Below are positions 1 through 8,442 of a stretch of 48,766 nucleotides of DNA, one piece after another; within the stretch, counting starts at the first letter, position 1, and each line of letters begins with the position of its first letter. The position numbers and the translations under genes are program-made. This DNA is from Chiloscyllium plagiosum (lineage: Eukaryota): contig NC_057760.1 in NCBI RefSeq assembly GCF_004010195.1, positions 3,444,117 through 3,492,882 on the forward strand, read 5' to 3'. A model generated the notes under the pieces. The model was not told the origin of the DNA. It saw nothing but the letters and a program-made list of their open reading frames with translations, and did not search any database.

Positions 1-377
1 TCTCTTGTCTCCCTTTCTGTCCTTCCTGTAGCATTTGTATCCTGGAATATTAAGCTGCCAGTCCTGCCCATCCCTGAGCCATGTTTCTGTAATTGCTATG
101 ATATCCCAGTCCCATGTTCCTAACCATGCCCTGAGTTCATCTGCCTTCCCTGTTAGGCCCCTTGCATTGAAATAACTGCAGTCTAATTTATCAGTCTGAC
201 CTTGTTCTCTGCTTTGTCCCTGCCTGCCCTGACTGTTTGACTGGCTCCCTTTCCCAACTGTACCCGTCTCAGATTGATCTCATTCCTCACTATCTCCTTA
301 GGTCCCATTCCCCCGCCTTACAAGTTTAAATCTTCCTGAGCAGCTCTCGCAAATCTCCCTGCCAGTATATTCGTCCC
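1..377 (-). mobile_element. CR1-type LINE fragment (ORF1 end and inter-ORF region)
   Basis: The minus strand encodes GTNILAGRF, the same ORF1 C-terminal motif as at 18400-18440. Confidence 0.65.
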
Positions 378-1248
378 CTGTGGGCCGAAGGGCCTGTACT
401 GTGACGGGGGAAGTTGATGAAGGTGAAGCAGTGGATGTGCTGTACTTGGATATCAATAAGGCATTTGATAAGATTCCCCACGGTAGGCTCATTCAGAAAG
501 TTGGGAGGTACAGAATAGAGGGACATTTGGCTGTCTGGATACAGAATTGGCTGGTCGAATGAAGACAGTGAGTGGTAATGGATGGAAAGTATTCCGCCTG
601 GAGGTCAGTGACCTGTGGTGTCCTCCAGGATTCTGTTCTTGGGGGGTCTCTGCTCCTTGTAGTTTTTATAAACGACTTGGATGAGGAAGTAGAAGGGTGG
701 GTTACTAAGTTTGCTGATGACACAAAGGTCGATGTGTTATAGATAGCATTGAGGGCTGTTGCAGGATTCTACATGACATTGACAGGATGCAGAGCAGGGC
801 TAAAAAGTGGCAGATGGAGTTCAACCTTGATAGATACAAGGATTCTTGGCAGTCTGGAGAAAGGGAGGGATCTTGGGGTGCACGTACATAGATCCCTCAA
901 AGTTGCCACCCAAGTTGATAGGGTTGTTAAGAAGGCATATGGTGTTTTGGTTTTCATTAACAGGCGAATTGAGTTTAAGAGCCGTGAAGTTATGCTGCAG
1001 CTCCATAGAGTCCTGGGTAGACCACACTTGGAATATTGTATTCAGTTCTGGTTGCCTCATTATTGAAAGGACATAGATGCTTTAGAGAGGGTGCAGAGGA
1101 GATTTACCAGGATGCTGCCTGGATTGGAGGGCTTGTCTTACGAAGCCAGGTTGAGTGAACTTGTGCTTTTCACAAGGACAGAAGGAGGAAGAGAGGTGAC
1201 TTGATAGAGGTGTACAAGGTAATGAGAGGCAGAGATAGAGAAGATAGC

Positions 1249-1684
1249 CAGAGAAGTAGTTCATACTGACCGCAAATAAAAATCATTCAAGTAACACCAC
1301 TAGAATAAGCACTGACCATTCACAAGATGTAACAGCAGTTGCTGTTCGCATTACTAAGACAGAGCATATTGTTCAGACTGCGATAGCTCGAGTTGATAGG
1401 TTAGAGACCTTTACAGTAGCTGAGTGGACATTCTGATTAACTCACAACTCAGCGCTGGTTAATGACTGTGAGTTCTCAACCAATTCGAAAAGCTAGTTCA
1501 ACTAAGAAATGTGAAAGGCAAAAGATTAAACACATACTTGTGACCTGTTACACCATTAATTTAATTTTAATGTTGAATTCATTCACAGGATGAGGGTGTC
1601 ACTGGCCAGCCCAGCGTTTCTTGCCCAAGCCTAATTGCCCAGAGGGCAGTTAGGAGCCAATCACATTGCTGTGGGTCTGGAGTC
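1249..1684 (+). repeat. ~435-bp copy of 3789-4224 inserted into the CR1
   Basis: Direct visual alignment shows about 8 mismatches. The insert is flanked by a ~120-bp duplicated LINE segment (1135-1254 and 1682-1801). Confidence 0.9.
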
Positions 1685-2039
1685 TTACGAAGCCAGGTTG
1701 AGTGAACTTGTGCTTTTCACAAGGAGAGAAGAAGGAAGAGAGGTGACTTGATAGAGGTGTACAAGGTAATGAGAGGCAGAGATAGAGAAGATAGACAGAG
1801 ACTTTTCACCAGGGCACAAATGGCTGTCACGAGGGGGCATAACTTTAAAGTGATTGGAGGAAGGTATAGGGGAGATGTCAGAGGTAGGTTCTTTACACAG
1901 AGTGGTGGGTGCGTGGAAAGCATTCCAAGTGGTGGTAGTAGAGTCAGAGACATTTGAGTTATTTAAGCGACTGTTGGACAATTGAGGGGTGTGTGGGTTA
2001 AGTTGATCGCAGATTAAGATAAATGCTCAGCACAACATC

Positions 2040-2670
2040 ATGGGCCAAAGGGCCTGTACTGTACCGCTGTGGGCCGAAAGGCCTGTACTGTACTGCTGTG
2101 GGCCGAAGGGCCTGTACTGTACCACTGTGGGCCAAAGGGCCTGTACTGTACTGCTGTGGGCCGAAGGGCCTGTACTGGACTGCTGTGGGCCGAAGGGCCT
2201 GTACTGTACCACTGTGGGCCGAAGGGCCTGTACTGGACTGCTGTGGGCCGAAGGGCCTGTACTGTACTGCTGTGGGCAGAAGGGCCTGTACTGTACCGCT
2301 GTGGGCCGACGGGCCTGTACTGTACCGCTGTGGGCAGAAGGGCCTGTACTGTACCGCTGTGGGCAGAAGGGCCTGTACTGTACTGCTGTGGGCAGAAGGC
2401 CCTGTACTGTACCGCTGTGGGCCGAAGGGCCTGTACTGTACCACTGTGGGCCGAAGGGCCTGTACTGTACTGCTGTGGGCCGAAGGGCCTGTACTGTGCT
2501 GCTGTGGGCAGAAGGGCCTGTACTGTACCGCTGTGGGCCGAAGGGCCTGTACTGTACCGCTGTGGGCCGAAGGGCCTGTACTGTACCACTGTGGGCTGAA
2601 GGGCCTGTACTGTACCACTGTGGGCCGAAGGGCCTGCACTGTACCACTGTGGGCCGAAGGGCCTGTACTG
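2040..2670. repeat. 29-bp minisatellite, ~21 copies (TGGGCCGAAGGGCCTGTACTGTACCGCTG)
   Basis: Head-to-tail near-identical units with no spacers. It explains the repetitive ORFs in all six frames. Confidence 0.97.
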
Positions 2671-2719
2671 TTCTATGTTCTAAATGGACAAATGATTCAA
2701 TGTCTGAAAGCTCCAAGAT

Positions 2720-2950
2720 TAGTGTGATGCTGGAAAACCACAGCAGGTCAGGCAGCATCCGAGGAGCAGGGGGAGTCGATGTTTCGAGCATAAACTCTTC
2801 ATCAGGAACGATGAAGCCCATCCCTGATGAAGGGCTTATGCCCAAAACATCGATTTTCCTGCTCCTCGGATGCTGCCTGACCTGCTGTGCTTTTACAGCA
2901 ACACTCTGATCCTGACTCTGATCTCCAGCGTCTGCAGTCCTCAGTTTTGC
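2720..2950. mobile_element. Penelope-like terminal-repeat foldback with two degenerate hammerhead motifs
   Basis: Inverted arms cagcaggtcaggcagcatccgaggagcagg / cctgctcctcggatgctgcctgacctgctg. CTGATGA-stem-(G)AAA motifs lie on both strands. The flanks form an imperfect 16-bp direct repeat (2704-2719, 2951-2966). Confidence 0.7.
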
Positions 2951-3095
2951 CTGAAAAATCCAAGATCCAAGCTGCCAAGTATCCAATGAAAGTCATCTCC
3001 TTGAAATGCTATTTAAGTTCCTCTCTCCACACAAGCTGCCCAGCCGGAGTATTTTTTTGCCTGTCACCTTGCAGAGTACTAGAGGACACACTTAC

Positions 3096-3262
3096 CCAGG
3101 GTGCTGTTGCTCAGTCCGGGTGACTTTGCTCTTGTGGTGAAACAGACAGTGGCAGTAACACAGGTGACATCTCTGTCATTTCTCTGGCAGTTCCGTAGGA
3201 GCATATTGATGAAGGGAGGACTGAATGTAACTGAGGCATTCACCTGGACCACACGCAGTATC
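3096..3262 (-). CDS. ITGA10: Integrin alpha exon, start of thigh domain
   Basis: 167-nt exon (ctatag|G ... CTG G|gtaag) encoding (G)ILRVVQVNASVTFSPPFINMLLRNCQRNDRDVTCVTATVCFTTRAKSPGLSNSTL. It is phase-compatible with the 131-nt exon and has the C..C..CF pattern of alpha1/2/10/11. It is absent from the ORF track. Confidence 0.85.
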
Positions 3263-4118
3263 CTATAGTCAGAGTTTGAAAGGTGTGGTAAGAAAATGAT
3301 TGAGGAGAGTCAGTCTGCATTAGAGAGGGAGGGAGGGAGAAAGAGGTATTTTGGGGGAGAGAGAGTAATGTTGGAGAGGAGAGTGCAGTGAAGAGACAGT
3401 GAACATCCCAGAACAACAGAAGGCAAAGAGACTGGAACTGGAAAGAGAACAAGCAATAGATCTAACTGCACCACACAAGAGAAAACAGATGAGAGACAGA
3501 GATAATGGAAGCGAGGGCAGGAAACATGCAGGAGCCCACACCGTAAAGACAACAAGAAGCAGCCATAGTGCTGTGCACAACAGGAGTGTCTGACAGAGGT
3601 AGAAATTGTAACAGGTTTATTTTCTTCTTGGTCTTCTGGACCAGAAGTGCTGTCCATACGTAACGCCCTCACACACCCTGACTGGGCCTTGTAGATAATT
3701 AAAGAGAGCTTCCACAGTGTTTGGAGCCAGACAGGTTCTGCTGAATTCCCCAAAGATGTCCAGGTGATGGCTCAGTTACAGCATACTGCAGAGAAGCAGT
3801 TCATACTGACCGCAAATAAAAATCATTCAAGTAACACCACTAGAATAAGCACTGACCATTCACAAGATGTAACAGCAGTTGCTGTTCGCATTACTAAGAC
3901 AGAGCATATTGTTCAGACTGCGATAGCTCGAGTTGATAGGTTAGAGACCTTTACAGTAGCTGAGTGGACATTCTGATTAACTCACAACTCAGCGCTGGTT
4001 AATGACTGTGAGTTCTCAACCAATTCAAAAAGCTAGTTCAACTCAGAAATGTGAAAGGCAAAAGATTAAACACATACTTGTGACCTGTTACACCATTAAT
4101 TTAATTTTAATGTTGAAT

Positions 4119-4460
4119 TCATTCACAGGAGGAGGGTGTCACTGGCCAGCCCAGCATTTCTTGTCCATCCCTAATTGCCCAGAGGGCAGTTAGGAGCCAA
4201 TCACATTGCTGTGGGTCTGGAGTCACATGTCGGCCAGATCAGGTAAGGTTGTCAGTTTCCTTCCCTAAAGGACATTAGTGACCCAGATTGGGTTTTTTTC
4301 CCACAATCCACAGTGGTTTCATGGTCACCATAAGACTCTTAATTCCAGACTTTGTTTTTCATTGAATTCAAATTCCATTATCTGCTGTGGCAGGATTTGA
4401 CCCCATTATCTGGACCCCTGGATCAACAGTCCAGCAATAAAACCACTAGGTCATCACCTT
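4119..4460 (-). mobile_element. tRNA-derived SINE, family 2
   Basis: Similar sequence recurs at 16455-16755 (+), 30643-30895 (-) and 47880-48225 (-). It has a tRNA-like head, and its 3' end resembles the LINE tail at ~29480-29525. Confidence 0.6.
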
Positions 4461-4843
4461 CTTTAAAAAGACAAACTCTACTTCTCTTCTTTGGAATAGT
4501 GGGAATGTCAGTCTAGACTCTATAATTAATCTGAGCTCACAACCTTTGTCTTAGAGGGGAAGCTATTGGGCTGAGGCTGATAGAAGCCATTGGACAGGCT
4601 GCAGGAATCTAGTCTCCACCTCTTTCTCCTCCACTCACCCACCCTGTGTTTCAGCACAGAGCAGAGCAGAGATTCTGCTTACTTGTTGCATTTGGGGTCT
4701 TCTCAGTCTGAATTGATCAGTACCACCCCAGGAACAGCCCCTGTGTCACTTAGGTAACTGAGTGTTAACTAAGGCTCAGACCACAGGAGTCAGGTTTGTA
4801 ACACGTTATTCAGAAGCAGCCCGGAGCCATAACTGTGACTGAC

Positions 4844-4974
4844 CCAAAGATGACAGCCTTGCCGAAAGCTCCCACTGCCACATCGATCAATCCATCTCCG
4901 TCCACATCCATCTGGCCATCCGCACTGCGTCCAAAATACCAAAGTCCCAGGTCCACGGCCAAAGCAGCAATTCT
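4844..4974 (-). CDS. ITGA10: Integrin alpha exon, last FG-GAP repeat
   Basis: 131-nt exon (cag|AGA ... TTT GG|gtcagt) encoding RIAALAVDLGLWYFGRSADGQMDVDGDGLIDVAVGAFGKAVIF. Its phase-0 start matches the preceding exon. Confidence 0.9.
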
Positions 4975-5410
4975 CTGAGAGAACAGAAGGTTACAGTAAT
5001 CAATGCATGGGACATGTTCTGTTTCTGTCAGTAAAGACAACCACAGACAATAGAAAGAGCTTTCTCTCACCGCAGATCCAAATGTGGGGGCTCTTTCGAA
5101 CACAGTTCACAATCTACAAAACTATTCGATCTACTCAGATTCAACTGGGTTTTGGAAAGTGAATTCTAATTAGTCCTACACCTCTGTCTATCGTGGCTCT
5201 GTAAATTTCTCCTTTTCCAGGGTTTAATCCCATTTTCCTTCTGAAAGTTGCTACTCCACCTACTCCCACCACCCTTTCAGACATTCCAGATCAAAACATG
5301 CGCAAAGAGGAATTCACCTCATCCCACCCCATCTGCTTTCTCTGTCAAATATCTTAATCTCTGACTATCAACCCTCCCGCTGTTTCTCCATAACTTACTT
5401 CATCAAAAAC

Positions 5411-6077
5411 AAAGTTAAAAATCACACAACACCAGGTTATAGTCCAACAGGTTTAATTGGGAGCACACTAGCTTTTGGAGCAACGCTCCTTCATCAGGTG
5501 ATAGTGGAGGGCTCGATCGTAACACAGAATTTATAGCAAAAATTTGCAGTGTGATGTAACTGAAATTATACATTGAAAAACTGATTGTCTGTTAAACCTT
5601 TCATCTGTTAGAATACAGTGATAGTTTCACTTCTTTCATGTGTAAATCACAAAACCCTTTTTTTTAAAGTTGCATTCTCGGGTTAGCTGTTAACAATGGT
5701 GATAGCTAGATAATATGTTGAACTATCTTATACGTATTGTCTAGCTATCACCATTGTTAACAGCTAACCCAAGAATATACAACTTTAAAAAAAAGGGTTT
5801 TGTGATTTACACATGAAAGAAGTGAAACTATCACTGTATTCTAACAGATGAAAGGCTTAACAGATAATCAATTCTTCAATGTATAATTTCAGTTACATCA
5901 CACTGCAAATTTTTGCTATAAATTCTGTGTTACGATCGAGCCCTCCACAATCACCTGATGAAGGAGCGTCGCTCCGAAAGCTAGTGTGCTTCCAATTAAA
6001 CCTGTTGGACTATAACCTGCTGTTGTGTGATTTTTAACTTTGTACACACCCCCAGTGCAACACCGGCACCTCCGATC
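5411..6077. mobile_element. Penelope-like element remnant forming a ~635-bp inverted repeat, with a 10-bp TSD
   Basis: Arms 5409-5718 and 5732-6043 are near-perfect reverse complements. CATCAAAAAC occurs at 5401-5410 and 6078-6087. A hammerhead core is present in each arm. Confidence 0.8.
5952..5986 (+). ncRNA. Minimal type-I hammerhead ribozyme motif (Penelope-associated)
   Basis: cac-CTGATGA-a-GGAGC(gtc)GCTCC-GAAA-GCTA-gtg: intact core, stem II hairpin, palindromic AGCT stem III and cac/gtg stem I. Confidence 0.7.
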
Positions 6078-6179
6078 CATCAAAAACCTTTCTGATTTTG
6101 AACACCTTGAATAAGTCTCCCTTTAACTTTCTCTGCTCCAAGGAGAATATCCCAGCTCCTCCAGTCCCTGTACACTGAC

Positions 6180-6383
6180 CTGTTTATACGTTGGAAGAAT
6201 GGTGTCTTGATGTCCATGATAAATATACACTGCCCCACGATGATCATCCTCCAATGGGGCACCAACAACGACATCATTAAACGCATCGTAATTAAGGTCA
6301 GGAACAGCAATGAGGGTGAACCCGAACCGGGAATCCTGTGGTTTGTTGCTGATCTGTAGAGTATCGCTGAATGAAAGCGAAAA
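6180..6383 (-). CDS. ITGA10: Integrin alpha (ITGA10/ITGA11-like) internal exon, FG-GAP beta-propeller repeat
   Basis: 204-nt exon between cag| and |gtcagt. It encodes FSLSFSDTLQISNKPQDSRFGFTLIAVPDLNYDAFNDVVVGAPLEDDHRGAVYIYHGHQDTILPTYKQ, with an FG...GAP repeat and a DxNxDxxxD Ca-binding loop. QDSRFGF resembles ITGA10 as recalled; ITGA11 is not excluded. Confidence 0.9.
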
Positions 6384-7122
6384 CTGACAGGGACATGGAC
6401 CAGGGGAAAACAACGTCAGTTATATTTCCACATTGTTCTCCTATTGCTGCAATATTAATCGTTAATACTTGACCATTCTTCCAACAGACTCTTTCTGGAA
6501 AACAAGGTTAAGATGTTGCGATGCGTTGGCCCTTGATTTACCCAAACCTGTCAGCTGTTTTTGAGAACCATGTCCTGGCAGAGAAGACCCAGAGGCTATA
6601 TATATATTTATATATATATATCTCAGAAGGTGAGAACAGTTGTAAGACAGAGATGGAGCTTGGGAGATGAGAATAATATGTAAATAGCTCATTTTGTAGT
6701 TTAGTGAAACAATTCATGACCAGGGAAGTAAGGAGGGGCTATTTGCCGACAAGCAGTGAAGGTTAATCCAGCCAGTCACAGAGGCCAGCTCTGTCTGCAG
6801 GAAACAGCCTGTATTAACTGCTGGGCATTTAATGTGAGACTCTAGATCAGACATACAAGGAAAAGAAAACACTTAATTAATTAATGTATTAAAGATTTTT
6901 CTGCAAAACAATTTGTGCTTGAATCAGGTGGAAATTATTGTTGAAAGGTCTTACACTGCGACAGTAACTACTGGAGGAAATCTGAGAAACTGGGAAGACA
7001 ATGTCCAAACGGTATTTCACACAGCAGCTGTCCCACAGCACAGACCAATGAAACAAAAGTCTCCTCTTCATTCAAACTCAAATCCAACAAGTAAAATTAC
7101 ACCACTCAGTACTCCCAATGAC

Positions 7123-7440
7123 TGTGTGTGTGTGTGTGTGCGCGTGCGTGTGGGTGTCTGTGTGTGTGTGTGTTTGTATGTGTCTCTGTCTGTGTGCATG
7201 CCTCTGTGTGTGTGTGTCTGTCTGTCTGTCTGTGTGTGCTTGTATGTCTGTCTGTGTGCTTGTGCGTCTGTGCGTGTGTTTGTGTGTGTCTGTCTGTATG
7301 CATGTCTCTGTGTGTCTGTCTGTGTGCGTGCTTGTGTGTCTGTGTGTGATTATATGTGTGTCTGTCTGTATGCATGCTTCTGTATGTATGTATGTCTGTT
7401 TGTGTGCATGCTTTTTATCTGTGTGTGTGTGTGTCTGTGT
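7123..7440. repeat. Imperfect (TG)n microsatellite abutting the gap
   Basis: TG/TCTG-rich run; it is the source of the spurious CV/HT ORFs. Confidence 0.95.
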
Positions 7441-7940
7441 NNNNNNNNNNNNNNNNNNNNNNNNNNNNNNNNNNNNNNNNNNNNNNNNNNNNNNNNNNNN
7501 NNNNNNNNNNNNNNNNNNNNNNNNNNNNNNNNNNNNNNNNNNNNNNNNNNNNNNNNNNNNNNNNNNNNNNNNNNNNNNNNNNNNNNNNNNNNNNNNNNNN
7601 NNNNNNNNNNNNNNNNNNNNNNNNNNNNNNNNNNNNNNNNNNNNNNNNNNNNNNNNNNNNNNNNNNNNNNNNNNNNNNNNNNNNNNNNNNNNNNNNNNNN
7701 NNNNNNNNNNNNNNNNNNNNNNNNNNNNNNNNNNNNNNNNNNNNNNNNNNNNNNNNNNNNNNNNNNNNNNNNNNNNNNNNNNNNNNNNNNNNNNNNNNNN
7801 NNNNNNNNNNNNNNNNNNNNNNNNNNNNNNNNNNNNNNNNNNNNNNNNNNNNNNNNNNNNNNNNNNNNNNNNNNNNNNNNNNNNNNNNNNNNNNNNNNNN
7901 NNNNNNNNNNNNNNNNNNNNNNNNNNNNNNNNNNNNNNNN
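7441..7940. other. Assembly gap (500 N, probably unsized)
   Basis: Exactly 500 N. The other gaps are 9199-9546, 34679-34993, 35791-36290 (also 500 N) and 42412-42730. Confidence 0.99.
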
Positions 7941-8012
7941 GGTGATCATTTAAAGTAACTGCTCGGCTTATTGCGTCCTCTAAGGTAGTGTTGATGTTTT
8001 GTGTTGGTCCAG

Positions 8013-8111
8013 GAGAACAGAACAGCATTGCACTGGGCAGTTGCAGGTGGGAATGAAGATGCCGTGAAGCTTTTACTGTCTCATAACGCAAATGTTGACA
8101 TTGAGGACAAG
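8013..8111 (+). CDS. ANKDD1A: ANKDD1-family gene, ankyrin exon (first visible)
   Basis: 99-nt phase-0 exon, ag|...|gt, encoding ENRTALHWAVAGGNEDAVKLLLSHNANVDIEDK. Confidence 0.9.
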
Positions 8112-8442
8112 GTGTGTTTGTCAGGGAACTCGTGTAGAAAGTTAATCACCTTTATATCTTTGACTGAATGTTCTTGTTCAGTTGGCTTGGTGATTTACAG
8201 CCAGTTCTATGCTGTAAACATAACACAGTTACAGGAATAACGTATTTACCCTCTCAACCTGCTTTACTATTCGGTGAAATCATGACATTCTGTGATTGAA
8301 CTTCATGTACCAGCTGTTGAGACAGCACCTTTTAATGTTCCGTAATTTTGAACTGTCCCCTGAAAAAGATACTGCTTTAAACCAAAGTCACAAAATAATT
8401 GCAAGCTGTTTGCAGCACTGAGTTGGAAGTGTTGCTTCCCTC

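Larger units (their letters stand above)
408..2684 (+). mobile_element. Decayed CR1 LINE (RT region and 3' UTR), interrupted by a duplicated insert and a minisatellite
   Basis: Motifs VDVLYLD.NKAFDKIPH, KFADDTK and RPHLEYCIQFW, with stops and deletions. The tail ends in ttctatgttcta. Confidence 0.9.

Noticed and set aside
2040..2670. CRISPR-like array next to a reverse transcriptase
   Set aside because: The units are contiguous with no unique spacers, there are no cas genes, the context is vertebrate, and the unit derives from the LINE tail.
1998..2986. Long ORFs (176-319 aa) in six frames
   Set aside because: By-product of a stop-free 29-bp tandem repeat.
5409..6043. Class II DNA transposon or MITE with long TIRs
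   Set aside because: The structure is asymmetric (one arm extends ~35 bp further), a single-arm copy exists at 13864-14008, and hammerhead cores fit a Penelope-like retroelement better. Not fully excluded.
6913..8091. Cys/Val- or His/Thr-rich ORFs
   Set aside because: Translations of the (TG)n microsatellite and the N-gap. The same applies to X-containing ORFs at the other gaps.
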